Positions 13,401 through 28,400 of a stretch of DNA of 64,000 nucleotides are shown piece by piece. Position numbers and translations under genes: made by a program. Where the stretch lies: the NCBI GenBank assembly GCA_024679065.1, contig JAGIQG010000016.1, forward strand, positions 13,330,001-13,394,000. The letters are read 5' to 3'. Under the pieces are notes generated by a model. The model saw only the letters and a program-made list of their open reading frames with translations, ran no database searches and was not told where the DNA came from. Positions within the stretch are counted from its first letter, which is position 1. Each line of letters starts with the position of its first letter. The DNA comes from Sphyrna mokarran (Eukaryota).

Positions 13401-16400
13401 CATGCGATACTCAGTAACGAGCAATAATAACATTAAAATAAATACACTACTGTTCCAAGAAACTCTTAAGTAGAAACATATAAAAAATGAAGCAGGTGTG
13501 AGTCATTTGACATTTCCAGCATCTCCGCCATTCATTGGAATCCCAGCTGAACATCAAATTGAATATTTTGACTCACCCTTCCCTTTGTTCTTTTAGCCGC
13601 AAGAGTGCTATCTAATTTAAACTGGAAATCATATAATATTTCGGCGACACCAACTTTCTATGGCAGTGAGCTCCACACATTCACCACTACCTGTTGAAGA
13701 AACGTCCCCTCACCATTGTCCAAATAGCTTTACTTTTATTCTCTGAATATGACAACGATTCTGGCCTCCCTAGCATCGCGATCAATCCTCTCTGAATTTA
13801 CCCGTTCTAACCCGGTTAGAATTCTATAAATTTCGATGAAAGCCCCTCCCACTCTTGTAAAAGTAAGTGAACACCATCATAACTTGATTAGTCTCTACTC
13901 AATATAGAAACATATAAACTTGAAAAACGTTCAATAATAATTGCCGTCAATCTGCACGATGTGCAATTAATGTCAATGCAAGAAAATAGCCGATAGATTC
14001 GGCACCCGGAATCTGAAGTTTACCTGAATTAGCAAATGAACTGCAGATTACCTTACTTTTCAATATCTTGCGTTCAAATTGGAGCAGGGTGAAAAAATCT
14101 GAATTTTGAATTCTCTGTGCACTATTCCTTTTTATTAGCAGATTTTTTTCAAGCTTCTATGTTTCCAAGTGTTAGCAGAGATTAAGCAAATTAATCTGTT
14201 GTTAATTTGCTTTTACAAGAACGGCAGGGGCTCTCGTCGAAACTTACAAAATTCTAACCGTGTGAGGCAAATATGAATTCGCAAAATATGAAAGCGACAC
14301 TGCCGGAGCCCAGAAGTGGATGTCATAGCCAGGGGATAAAAGAAAACCTACTTGAAGTTTCATTGTTATATCCAAATGTGAGCGTGAAGTGAGGAAATAT
14401 TATAAGTGCATAACATCAATGTGAAATTTCAATTTCTTACTACAAAATGTGGAAGTTTTAAATAATGATCTGGTCATTAGCGGAATAAATTTAGAGAAAA
14501 AAAACTTGTCAATTTTTAGATTTAAATTGAAATGTTGGTGGGGCCATACCGGAACCATCGATACTGAATTAATTTGATTTATACACAACAGCAGTACATC
14601 ATGCCAACTTTTTTTGTGAAAGTAGAATTGCTGCCATGCCAATCTCAGCGTCGAATTGGAAGTGGAACTTCCGATGTCCTTTGCCAAGAAGATGAAAGCA
14701 TATTTCCCATTATGCATTTCAACATTACTGACTCAAATTGTGCACAGTACATACGCCATATTTCCGTTTACCTTGTCCAAAATCCAGGTGCTATCATCGA
14801 AACATCTTGCTACATTTAACAATTCAGTAACCTCGAGGATGCATCACGAAGAACAGGAAATTGCTTTTTTTTCGAGCAGTGGCGTTCGAGATATCTGACA
14901 GAATAATGAAACGCAATACACGGTCAATTATTAAAATCTAGAATGACAAAAGATAGCATGTCATCTGGTTTAAAAATAAGTCTCAGGTTGGCTGTGAGAT
15001 ATAACATATCTATTTGTAGACTAAATTACCCTTACAGATTGAAATTCAGGCAAGTTATATAAGGATCCGTCGAATTAGATTTGAACTTGCGCCCAAGACG
15101 TAAGTCGAGGACAATAAACTTATCGCAGAGATTATTCTTTTTTCCTAGGTTCAACATGAAACGTACAGGCTGAATAGCTGCTACTACTTTGGTGCAGAAG
15201 AGGGACAATTTTCATCCGGCCAAGTCATGCTGACTCACTCTGCTGAATTCTTCTCTGTCTAATTGACACTTCATCCCAACTCCGAATTTATTCCAATAAT
15301 AAATAAAGTTATATTCTCGAAGGAAAATGAGTAGTCATATGTCCAGGAGCATAATTTAATTCCAATAATAGTGAATCACTATGAAGCAACTCATTAAATT
15401 AAGTTGTTACCGATAATTGAATATCGAAATTTACCAATCTGTATTGAGAAAAGAGAAGTTTGGTTGCAAGGGTGCAGGCTAGTGAAATAATCATTTTTTT
15501 CTAAAAATATCACACACAGGAACACAAATCTCTGAGTTGAAAGAAAAAAAAACACATGAAAACATGAATACAATGTTTGTTGTGTACATAACTTATTGGA
15601 AAATAACGTGTAATGAACATGCTAATCGAGTATATTGCAAGTAAAATATGCTTGGAATGCACTGGAAAAGCTGCAACGAAGAAAGAGAATGAAGATTTTG
15701 GAACTGAGGCATTTTAAACATCACTAAGCTGGTTGTGCTTTGTACATTTACTTCTGACGGAGTGTAGGAAACATGAACGACTCTTACGAGGAATTATCAG
15801 TTTAGAACAAATTAACCTGCCTGTGTAATATAAATAACCATCCTTCCATTATAGGAAAACAACTGGAGTCAAAAGAAGACGGTAACTCTTTTAACAAATT
15901 TCGATTTATCTTACACTATCCGCCCCTCAAGCGCCATGACAGAGAATCTGTTAATTATACTAATGAAAAATGTGGCAGGTGGTGTAAACTGGAAAGTAAA
16001 GAACACAGTTCTGAATTTCTTTGGCAGGCGGACAATATCCGTTCAATCTTAAAATAGTATATTTTGACTTCAGCACACTTCAATCGTATTGGAATGTGTT
16101 TGAGATTTATTAATTTTTCGTAACACACAAAAAAACAGAAAATAGTTACTTTGGGAAAGTTGTTTGTAACATTATGGTCTGCGAAATTCCGGCCTGGATT
16201 TCGTGTCACGCTTCAGCGTGTGGGTGGGGTGCAGTGGGAAGAATAATGCGGTACTTACGTTAGTTCGCGCAGCGCAGCCATTCTCTTTCTGCTCAAAATT
16301 AACATATGCTGTGGGAACACCCTGCACAAGGACATCAGAATTGAAACTCTGAATGTCTCATATTAAATGGAAAATGTGGCTTTGAATTCGCCTTTACTGC

Positions 16401-19400
16401 CACGTAGTCATAGAAAGCAGCTGAATGATTTGAGGTCAAAGGCATTTCTCCAAAGAATGCGAAGGGAAGTTTCAGACATGAGGTTCCCAGATTGCACTTT
16501 GCGTTTTTTTGGAACGATCCAATCTCCAGTATTCCAAAAAAAAAATGATCAGATCGATTTTAGAACTCGTACACCGACAATCCGCCCCTATTCAACAAAT
16601 CCTGTGGCACGTCTCTGCACTAAAAAAACTTCTCAGTCCCCTTCTGTATTCTCCTGGCTGACTCAATGCAAATATATGTCGAATTATGCCGTTACCTTGA
16701 CTTCTACAGTGTCAGGCAATTCAGCTGTGCAAGCCTTGATATCAATAAAGGGGGTTCTCCATCGTGTTTCCCAGGGGTTTATTGTTGCAGGCAGATTTTG
16801 CAAATATTTTTTTCTTCCTTCCAGAAAAAAAACGTAGCTTGCTCCCTGAGTCACTTCGAAATTCGCCTGCGTCTGCAGAGACCTGGACAAAGCGACAAAA
16901 TCACAATTTTTCTTGCGATTTCATACAGAGTCTCACATTAATAACAGGAATTGTCCATTCAACGCCTCATTTTAACTTCCCCATTGAATATGAAAACATT
17001 CGATCTGAGTGCAACTTCAAAATCACTCCTCGCGTAAACTTTTGCTGTAGTGTTAATTGAATTCGTCTCGCTGGCCTTACACAAAAAAAACTTTTTTTTT
17101 TCACGAGGGGAGTAGCGTTTAAGAACTGAAACGTGTTCCGGAAAAGATATTAACCGTTTCAAGATATGTTTTCCATCATTCTGAAGTTCATTTTTGTCCA
17201 ACTCGTGCCGTTTTCTCCAAGTGGAAGAAGCATGTTCTCCAGACACAAATTGTTCAAGTCCTTAGGAAACTTAAACGTTTCAATCAAGACAAGCCTTACT
17301 CGTCTAATCTCTGAATACTCCTAAAACCTTTCCACCACTTTTTCATCAGAAGTTCTCGTATGCATGTTTCAATTTTGTAAAAATTCTGCCGATGGATTCT
17401 AAGAACTTGGATAATCCCTCTCATAAGGAAATCAATGTTGTGCACAATAATCCAGAAGTCTGAACACTAATTGCCCATGCATTTCAATAACGAGCGACCT
17501 ACATTTGTACCAAATTGTCCTGACAGTAAACGAGAACATTCAATCATCTACCTTACTTACTTTCAGTACCGGTCAGCTCGTCTATCATGTTTGCATTCAG
17601 ATTAAATATGTATAAATATTAACAGAAGTAAAAGTACGATAAATATGTCAACACTTCTTGATACCTGAAATTGATGCATACATGTCTTAATCATAACAGA
17701 ACTCAACGAGTGCGAAAAAGATTTGGAAGCTTCAGGTTGGTAAATAGCGTTGACATTTACAGATAATTGGAACGATAAGAGTTTGAATCGCTGAATTAGC
17801 CTGTAACACAAAATTGATTACAACCTCGGGATTTCTGCTTAGGTCCTTCATTTATTTATTTATTTAATCATTGTCAATGATAGCTAATTCAATCTCCATT
17901 ATCCAACTGAAAGATCCTATCAAGAAAATGATTTTGATATAGGCAACTCACTTCCCAGATGGACTTTTTTTTCCTGAATTGCTCCTTGGAAATGATGTTG
18001 AAATTTTTTCACTGATGCTGCAGGTGATTTATTCGCCAATTTACCTCAGCAAATTTTGAAAATAATGACAAATGCGGACGTTCGTATTCTTAATTTTTTT
18101 TTTGAAAATATCAAAGTGTTTGAATGAATCACCAATTACCAGTTACAGTTTGACAAGATATAAGACAGAACCTAGGACATAGCTGGTTTGCAAACTCATG
18201 TTTTCCGTTGATTATTACGAAATATTCGAGTCGAATCTTGTAACTGCAGATCACAATCTGGTCGGAGTACAAAAGAAAAGCCGTATTTTTATTCTGCTGA
18301 AGGCACACTTGTTGGCCATCTTTCCTTTATTTTCTTACTTTGTAGTGGTTTACGAACATGAAGAGTGATCTGGCATATCTCGGCGAGCAGAATAGCATTC
18401 TCCAATAGTTGTTGCTAACATCAAATTCAGTGAAAATGGATTATTGACGTATGACAATTATGTAAATCTGTAGTGGAGAAGCCCCTCGGATAATCAATTG
18501 ACAATAACAATACTTGTACAAACAAACATAAAAACATGCCATCATCGAATTTAACGTATTGGCAAAATTTGAAAAAAAGAAACACACCAAGAGTGAAATG
18601 ACACAAAATTTTGCGAGAAATTATTGCATCTGCCAACTTAGGGTTTGAACGAATGTGAGAACTGAAGATAAAGACGTAAGAGAGCAATTTAAAGGCAGAC
18701 AGTGGAATGAGAAATTGTAGTGGCAATCCTTGATAATTAATCACGAGAAGAACTGGAAATTTAAAAAAAAAGTGAAGATGGGTATACAATTTAAGCCTTG
18801 GCGATACAGTTTAATTTCCCCAAACGAGAAAAAGTGTCAACATGTATAGAAATTTCAATTCATCAAATTATTACACGTTTTATGGTTTGTGTCGAGACAG
18901 GCACCATTGATATTTTGTCTTGTATTGAAATACTGACAGCAAAAATATATTTTGTGAAAATAGTTAATTAGTTGCGGTTTGGGGAAAAGAAGTTCAAATG
19001 CATTATGCACGACTTCATTGCTTGTTCAGTTAACACGGAATATTACAGTTAATTCTGCAACCGAGCCTCGTTCACCATTCAGATTCATGTTGCCTGATCA
19101 CATAATCATTGAATTCGTGCAGGACAGAAGGAGGCCTTTCAGCCTATTGAGTCAACACCGATTACGATCTCACCCAGGCCCTACTTCCATAAACCCATGC
19201 ATTTATCCTGGCTAGTTCCCCGACATGAATGGATTACTTTAGTAAGGCCATAATCGGAACTCGCACATCTTTAATTATGGGAGGAAGTAGAGCGCCCGAG
19301 GAAACCCACAGGGACACATAAAGAAGGAGCAATCTCCGCACAGTCGTGGCCACAATCGAATCCGAATTCCTGGCGCTGGGAGACAGCAGTGATGACCATT

Positions 19401-22400
19401 AATCCACCGTGTCAATCATCAGCAGATCTTAATCTTATCTCCTAAATGAATAATATTACATTTCCAGGCTTTGCCTGAAAAAGAAAGTCTGCAAATGAAA
19501 TATTCCTGAGCTTAATCAACGATTTGCTTCAAAAGTTTCTGCATTCGCCCAATGAAGGGCTGAGGCACATTCCCTCGCCTTGCCACTTAATCGCAAGGCA
19601 GAGCCATTATCCTACTCTTCCCGTCGGAGACCTGGCTACTTTCTATAAATGGCATTGACCTAATTATACATTTGCAACTTGCCAATGAAATTTTGATTGA
19701 ATAAACTATAATCTACAGCATAAAAAACAGAGTGCATTCGATCATCGCTTAAGCCTGTTTAGACTGAAATCAGATGGGCAATGATTTACACCATTCCCTG
19801 TGAGCGAACGTTGTGCAGGAAAGATTTCAACCAGGGCCAAAAAATGTGAAATGACACATCGGTCCTTTTGAATGTTCATCGATCTTGATTATATGATTTC
19901 CAATATTTTCTGATATCATGTTTTTTTTCTATGCAGAAGACAATTTGAAATTGAAAGAGAATGGTATTCTGATTTGCGTGTCTTTTTTTGTTGGCGTAGA
20001 CTGCAATAAATTGACAATGAAAAACTGAGTTACGGTTCAATGTTGAACGGAGGTGGGCCAACGTTATCAATGTGGTGACGTGGTTGTGGGTGAGTTTAGT
20101 TGTGTTTCTATCGAATGCCATGTGTCGGCATTGTCGCTACTCATAAGATAGAAAAGGGTTAAACTGTTTCTCGGCCAAGAAAACAGAAAAAAACATTTGG
20201 AACGAACATCAGTCTTATGCTCAATTCAGCGAATAGAATTCTTCCCTGGGCAGATAAATTTTCCAACTGAAGTTTACACTTCTCATGCGATAGATGTGGA
20301 TTCTGATTGTGGTTTCGTCCCAATGCCCCCGTTTCGCATGTGTTTCTGGATATTAGCGCCATTTATTTCATTACTTTTCGAATTTTGCCCTCATTCTTAC
20401 GTTGCAATGCATATTAGCCATTGTACACGAGGGTTACTGCACATCTGGATCGCATATTAATTTGAAGAGCATCCATACATTACTCCATGATTTTCAGTAT
20501 GTCTGTTCTGCTCGCGATAATGCAATTCAAAGCCCTGCTGCTTTGGGCTGCTCTACTCTGCTTTTATTCTATGGCAGAACACCGAATTCAGGCTTAGAAA
20601 AATGTAAGTTACATTTACAAGATTTACATTTAAGCTGTTCAAAGTTCAAAGAAACTGGGCTAACTCCTTCAATCACTTTAATACATAAATTAATAAATTA
20701 TTTGCAAACATGTATGAATCGAGTTCTACGTAGTTTAATGTAATTTTGATGTGGGCAGTGTTGTTCAATATGTGGGAACTCCTACCTATAGGCCAGTGGT
20801 TTGAATGTCCCAATGGCTTTCTGAGGATGCGCTCCACAATTTCAACAAAAAAGTATATTCTCTGCTGAACTTTCCAACGCTTCACCCGTTTCGAGCACTA
20901 AAAGTTAAATTAATTACTGCTAACATCATGTAAAAAAATCCTTGCTTCATGTAATGTTACAAGTACGTAATTGTGCATACTACAGTAATTTCGGTCTTAC
21001 CTTCAGGTATCGGCAAGAGAATTCTGAAACCGCCCATTATACCAATATATTTTCTGACTTTTTTCATCTCCTTTGAGATTTATTTGAATGCATTTCTCTA
21101 AGTGAGCATTCAAGCAATCAGTGCGCGTGTGGCTCGCTGTAAACATACTGTTACAGAGATTGACTACCCGTTACTCTTAGTCTTTTGCATTCCCAGGTTA
21201 CTTGCAGTTAAACTTGATATTTTCCATTTGCAAAGGCTTTATGATTTTAGACAACTTTTTGATTTTGCATTGCAAAGTTCATATCGATTGGTCAGAGAGT
21301 TTTTGACCCCCTAAATTCTTTGAAACATATGACTGTTCTTACACTATAAATAAATTCTAAGGTTAATTTTGGGGGTGTAATGGCGGAATGGTATTATCGG
21401 TAGTTCGCCCAGAAAATTTAAAAAAATATTCCGGGAATCCGAGCTCGAATCCTGCCATGACAGGATTTTTGTTTAAATAAATACGATGCGGAAATAAAAG
21501 TCTATCGATGTCAATGTCATTGTTATTGATGAAAAAAAATCGGATTCACTAATGCTCTTTATTGAACTGAATCTATCGTCCTCACATGGTTAGGAAACCA
21601 TTTCTCTCCAGAACTACAGCAATACGGTGACTCCCAAGTGCTTTAAAAAGTCACTTAATCATGGGGAATAAATACTAGACAGCCAATCATGCCCATGTCC
21701 GAAAAACGAAAAAAAAATGATTCCAAGTATTCGCTACACAATACCATGTATGCTAGAATTTACATAAACTCAGTTCACATTAAGATTTTATCTTGTACAG
21801 TGGCTCAATGTAACATTAAAATGTGCCGAAGAATTTTCTTCAAAGTTTATTGATATGTTTGGATATAAATATTCCTGAAACTACCGGCAAATGGGGAGTG
21901 GGTAATTCCCCATTTTATTTACACATATCAAACAAGATTCTTCAATCCGTGGCTGCTTTTGAAACAAGTAATACGTTTTGGAAGGTCTAAAGCATCTAGG
22001 AATTATAGAGCAAATGACAAAGTTTTTCGTAATATTCGTAGGCAAAGACAATTGGGTGTACATGTCCATGGGGCACTGAAAGTGGCAACACAGTTAGATA
22101 AGGTATAACAAAAAGGCATACGGCAAGCTTGCCTTCATCTTTCCAGCACTGAGTATAAAATTTTGCCGGTCATGCCGCAGCCATGCTGAATTGTATTTCG
22201 GTCTCGTTTACAATATTGCGTGCATTTTTGGGCGCCGCACTACCAAAAAGTCGTGGATGCTTTGGAGAGGATTACCAAAATATTGTCTACTGTGGAGGTT
22301 ATTAATTATCAGTAGAACGTGGATAAATTATATTTGTTCTCAATGGGACAGCGGGGGTGAGCGGTGACTTGATCGAAGTTTAAACATCGACTTGACCGAA

Positions 22401-25400
22401 ATTTAAAATATGATAAACGACATGGACTGAGTGGGCCGTTAGCATTATCTTTCCAATGGTAGAAACGTCAAATACTTGGGATCGTATGTTTAAGGGGCTC
22501 GTGACATAGTTTAGAGCAGATGTGCCAGGCATTTTTTTTATATTTTACACGGAAGGTGATGAATATTTGTAACGCGCTGCTCGTGGTCGTGGTGGGAGGA
22601 AGTAAGATAGCGGCATTTAAGGAGCAATTCGACAAATGCACGAATAGGATAGGAATGGAAGGTTACCGACTCCACAAGTGCATACGATTTTTTTTAAGCA
22701 GGCATCATGATCGGCGCAGGCTTGAAGGTCCGAAGAATGTTTCCATTGTTGTGCTTTTCTTTGTTAATCGTTTGTAAATGATCAACACCTCAAGTACGTA
22801 TTGCTATGGTTATTTGAATATTTCCAGTTTTTGTGAAAATGATGCATACAAGATGGGAATATGTTTGAATACTTAATCTAGGTCCCAAAAGCTCAACAGT
22901 CTGCCGAATAGAATGATTTCTGAGCAGCTTTCCGCTAAACTGAAAGAGATGATTGTTTCCACGTTGAAAACATGAGCAGAATCACGAATAAGAGAAATAT
23001 GCGGTACTGTCCGTTGCTGCAGTCGATATTATTGCGGACAATGATGCGAAGTCGAGGTTGACATTAATAATGAATTAATACTTTTGGTATAACTGTTTAC
23101 AATAATGGATTTGCTGTGTTTGTATTAGTGGCACTTACGTTTTTTGTTTACGTTAGCAATACAATGCTGATTGTTGAGTGTTTCAATTAAAAGTCAACTG
23201 AGAGAAAACATGTGTTGCAAGTTATTCTCATTTATTTAATTGTAAGGCGTGGTGACTGTGATACCACGCCATGCGTGGAGGGAGAAGGTCGTGTAATCAA
23301 ATGTTATGCAGTGCATTGAGCGCCGTATTCAAAGCAGTAACAATGAATAAATGTGGGAGAGAAATAAACATATTGTAGTGTAATCTTGAGGGAACACTTC
23401 AACATTCGAGATAACCACTAATTCTCGAGCATCAGACGATAGAAGCAGGTTCATTGTGTATCTGTCGAGAACGGAGTCTCGCATGATAATATCGTGAATA
23501 ATAACCTGGCATAACACAACGCTTTCATGCCAATTGTTCCCCATCAAATATGATTGAACTGCCCATTATCATATTGTTGGTTATGGGTACTGGAAGAAAT
23601 TGGTTTTGCTGGGAAACCGTGTGGAGAACATAATTAGCCATGATCTCCGAGCAGCAGTGCAGCATAGCGCGCCAAAAACTCCCAACATACTGTTGCGAAT
23701 CAATCATTCTAATCCCCGCTCCATTTACCCGCCAGACTCGCCTTCGTGAGGGTTTCACTATCAAGTTACAAAGTTATAGGGGCAATTGTGATGCAGCTGA
23801 ATCCGTATGAAAAGATATGAATAGCGAACTTCAGAGCTTCAAAATTTTGCATCATGAGTGGCAGTGTAATGTTTTAGGAATTAAAACAATGTTTTCATCT
23901 TTTTCTCAATAGCGTTGACGCATTCCGAAATTCATGAAGCTACCGTGGCCCTTCAGACTCATGGGACCTGTGAAATTACTTCAGGTCACACTTTACTAAA
24001 AGATCATTCAATCTTGCATGGTTCGTTGCAGCTCATGTCGGAAATGCGGCGCTGACATACTTACGAGTAATAAGGAGGTCTTGAACTTATTTTGGTCTAT
24101 GAATGGCTTTTGAACATTATGAGGGCCGTGTTTTGCGCATTGTAAGTGCATTTTCAACCTTTAACAGTTCATATTTTAACAAATTTAGAAAGTTTTTTTT
24201 TCAAATATTGCAATTTAAATTATGGTTCAATGATATATTTGACATTAACGGTTACTATAATTTATATCATTCTATCTCCCAGACCTGACTTCATGCACAC
24301 GATCTCTAAAGGAATTAGGTAAGAATGGGAGATCTATTATGAAAACAAATACTTTATTTTCGTAAGCATGTTCATAGCACGAACAACAATATCAAGGAAG
24401 CACGATCATAAAACTGCCAAAATTGTCAATGTTTGCTATAAGTCAACGGCTGAATACTCTGATTTGTAACACAAACAAATATTGCAGAGATAATTAGAGA
24501 AAATGATATAAATTGTGCAGCGGCGGTAGGTACTTTTGCGGTTGTATTTTCTCGCACTGCAATGCATTGTTTAAAATGGAGATTTCAAGCTGCATTACGA
24601 AGTTTTACTCGTCAAGCATAATAATCTGGCAATCTAACCTAAAACTGCACCATAAATCTGATTTCAGATGAAAGAAATTTAAAATCAGACAATTGAATTT
24701 TCGCTCTGCATAATATCACTCTATGGGCATGAAATCATGTTATTATTATTGTTGTTATTAAAATTACTACTACTACTACTATTACTACGACTACTACTAC
24801 GCCAGATGAGTGAACAGACGATTTAGCATGACTCTTGCGAGTGTTTTTCCTGTGATGGAGAGCAGCGAGATTCCTCGGTGGTTGTCGCATACCTGCTGAT
24901 TACCCTTCCTCTTGTAGAAGTGTATATTGGAAGCATCTTTATGTCCCCGGGGAATAGATCCTTGCTTCCAAAAGGACTGGAACAACTCGGTGAGCTTCTC
25001 GATAAGTGCAGTTCACTTACTTTGGCAGCACCCTCTCCCAAGCAGTGACGATTGATGCAAAAGTAAACTGCAGAATAGCAAAGACAATTTCTGCTTTTGG
25101 TAAACGGGAACGTTGAGACATTAGCCCATCAAGAAAACTGAAGGTCTACAACGCCGTTGTACTCACTACCCTCCTGCATGCCTCTGAATCGTGGACTGTG
25201 TATCGAAGGCATGCAAGACAGCTCAATTATTCCCACATGACTTGTCTTCGCAGAATATTACTCATCCGATGACATGACAAAGTACCAGAATCTGAAGTTC
25301 TCTCTAAAGCAAGTCTATCATCAATCCACACACTGCTGTAGAGAGCGCAGACCCGGTGGGCAGGTCATGTCATCCGTATGTCAGACGAGCGCATACTCAA

Positions 25401-28400
25401 GCAGCTCTTTTTTTGGGAAACTTTCTGCAGGAAGACGGTCACGTGGAGGGCAGAAGAAACGTTTCGAAGGCATACTCAAAGCCTCCCTGAAGTCGCTTGA
25501 CATTGACCCGACCACCTGGAAAGCGCTGGCACAAAACCGGCCTTCCAGGGGCTGCCTCATCCACAAAGGCTGTTAAGCTCAGAAAACAAGGTGTATTGCT
25601 GATGCACAACTTAAGAGCGAGCTGCGCAAGTCCAGAGCCAACAGCGCATCAACGACAGTGTCGACACAAGTCTGTCCAGTACGTGCCAGGACATATTGCC
25701 CGAATTGGCCTGAGCAGTCATCTTCGGAAATATCGCAACCGGCCTCAAAATGACAAATGGTGCCGACGTCCTCATCGATGATGATAGACCAGCATAATGA
25801 TAATTATTATTACTATTATTATTGTTGTTGTTAATAATACGATTAGTAATTGATTTGCTGTAGGTCTTATTGATCTGAATTTGCCATGTCGGTGATATTA
25901 TCATAAAAAATTCTGTGTTCAGAATTATTCGTATATCACCTTTTGTTTGAACGTAGTACACTTCTGCATATGGGCTGTTTGGGTAACTTTAATGGCTGGC
26001 CAGATTCAAATATATCAACGAACACGAAATAATGATGCAACTTGCAATTTGAAAAAAAAACGCGTATTTAATGAGATAGCGAACAAATATTTTCAAATTA
26101 ACAAAAGTTGTGTGCGTTTCAATTGTACCATGTTCCAACAAACTCTGTTGTATAGTGCACGGACAGATACATGAAATTGGCCGCTTGACCTCCAAATTGA
26201 TATGATGATAATTCACGGCTCAAAAATGGTTGTCATCAATCCTGATTTTCAATAATTCAGATTGTTCATATTTATAGACAACTCCGCAGTGCAAAGTGTA
26301 CTTTGTTCTCACTGCAAACCTTGGTTTGGGCAAAGTTGCATTAATTAAAAATAAAATGATTTCAAGTGTTAGGTTTGCTGAAAAACATAACAAATGTGAA
26401 GGCCACATGCAGAAGGTTACAAATTACTTGCGCAAAATATTAGAAACAATGTTGCACCTAAATGCTAGACAAAGTGTTTAAAAAAGGGAGGTGCTGAAAA
26501 GTAAAGCGTGTACAAAATCTAAGATAGTGAAGTGTGGATTTATATATACAGTTAAAACAATATCCACTGATAAACGTTTGAAAGGTTTATGAAGTTAAAA
26601 AAGCAGTAAATATTGTTTCAAATGTTCACTCCAATGCAAATATCACACAGAATTAACTGAAATTGGTTTGCTTGCTCTAAAAAATAAAATTAGCGTAATG
26701 CAATCGTGTTTTTTTTTAACTCATTGTTTTCAATCAGTATAAGTTTTCTAACGTTCCAGTGCTGAAATTACGTTTGTTGGATTAATATTTTAATACTTAC
26801 AAAGAAAAAAGAACAAAACAGCACGGGAAACAGGCCCTTCAGCCCAACGAGCCCGCGCAGCCACCCCGATGTTCCCACCTCGACCCGCAATCCCTGTCCA
26901 TGTTTATAGATCTATGGATTAAAAACCAAATTTGAGACAATTTAGGGAGTATTTGTTTTGCCAATTAGCCTAAGAGCACATCTTTGGGATGTGGGAGGAA
27001 ACCGGAGGTCCCGGAGAAAACCCACGCGAGCATGGGGAGAATGCGCAAACTCCCACAGACACAGGCACAAATCCATGTATCTGCACAGCACAGCGATAGT
27101 TACTGAGCTGTCGTGTTGTCCATCAAATGGTCCAGGTCAAGCGTACACTAACGACGTGAAGCAATAGGATACTCTCGAAAAAGATGCAAGAGCAGCCCTC
27201 TCACGACCCATTGCGTGTATGGTCCTCGTTAGACAACTAGGTGAACCAAGGTAATCTGTAGGATAAAAACAATTACATCAATATCATCATCTATTTACAC
27301 ACTTCCTAGGGACTCGCAAGGCTCATTATCCATGTTTTAAATCAGTTTTCTATACCCCTCCATTTCCATTCTGTTCATGTGCCCATCTAAGTATTTCTTA
27401 AATAACTCCAGAGTACCTGCCTCCACCACTTTACTTGGCAGCGCATTCCATACCCCCACCACCCTCTGTGTGAAAAAACCTCCCTCTAGCATCCAAATTA
27501 TACCTTACCCCCTCAACCTAACCCCGTGACCCCTCGTGCTATTAGAGTCCATCCTAGGGAAGAACTTAACCCTGTTTGCTCTATCTATCCCCTTCATAAT
27601 CTTGTACACCTCTATTAGATCTCCTCTAAGTCTACGTCTTTCTAAAGAAAACATTCCCAATTTGCCTAATCTCTCCACGTAAGTCAGACCTTCCATACCA
27701 GACAGCATCTTGGTAAACCTCCTCTGCACTCTCTTCAGAGTCTCCACGTCCTTCCAGTAGTAAGGCGACCAGGACGGGACGCAGTATTCCAAATGAGGTC
27801 TTATCAGCGTTTTATACAACTGCAACATTAAAGGCCTGCTCTTGAGGGAATTGAAGCTAAGATCTTAATATTAACGCTGAGAGAGGCCCCTTTTTTCCAT
27901 AATGTGGCTCTGTCTTAATCAAAAACCGAAAACAAGTTGCTCTCCAGCAATTATTTTTTCCTTCTGCAATGAATTCGCTTGCATGTCACCTTCGTGCAAG
28001 CAAGGTAATTAGGAGCACATGATATTACTTGTTGAACTGAAGAAATGATACGTGTGTATTGAACCTGAGGCGCTGTCTATCGTTATGGTGCATGGATTCG
28101 AATTTAGTCAGGGCAACTGGTGGTATTCAAGTTATGTTACGCGTCAATAAAGCTTCGCTCAATAATTATGGCAAATAAACCTCCGATCTTAAATGCAAAC
28201 TTGATTCACGACAATATTTTTGCAAAAGAATTTTGCCCTTCTTACATGTGCGACATTGGCATTTGACTCAAGGTCTTCCTCTGAATTGGTGACACAATTA
28301 TTTCAGAACATTTTAAAGGATATCTGCAGCCTCGTCACAGTTCGGCCCTCCGATCCAACATGATATCAAATGCAAATTTTGAAAGGTTGCATTGTGTTCT

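Noticed and set aside
14184-14212. 11-bp inverted repeat; also 8-bp hairpin near 23246-23270
   Set aside because: Short and isolated; expected by chance in 64 kb
16456-16482. 27-nt AG..GT unit
   Set aside because: In-frame TGA in phase 1
16367-16837. 156-aa ORF, and the other non-repeat ORFs in the track
   Set aside because: No recognisable domains or coding-like composition; lie in introns; consistent with chance ORFs
21370-21460. tRNA gene (A/B box-like motifs; also 60790-60830)
   Set aside because: No cloverleaf; continues into SINE body
24488-24514. 27-nt candidate EIIRENDIN
   Set aside because: No pyrimidine tract, weak T|gtgcag donor, and joining to 29143 creates TGA; the slot is already filled by 29143
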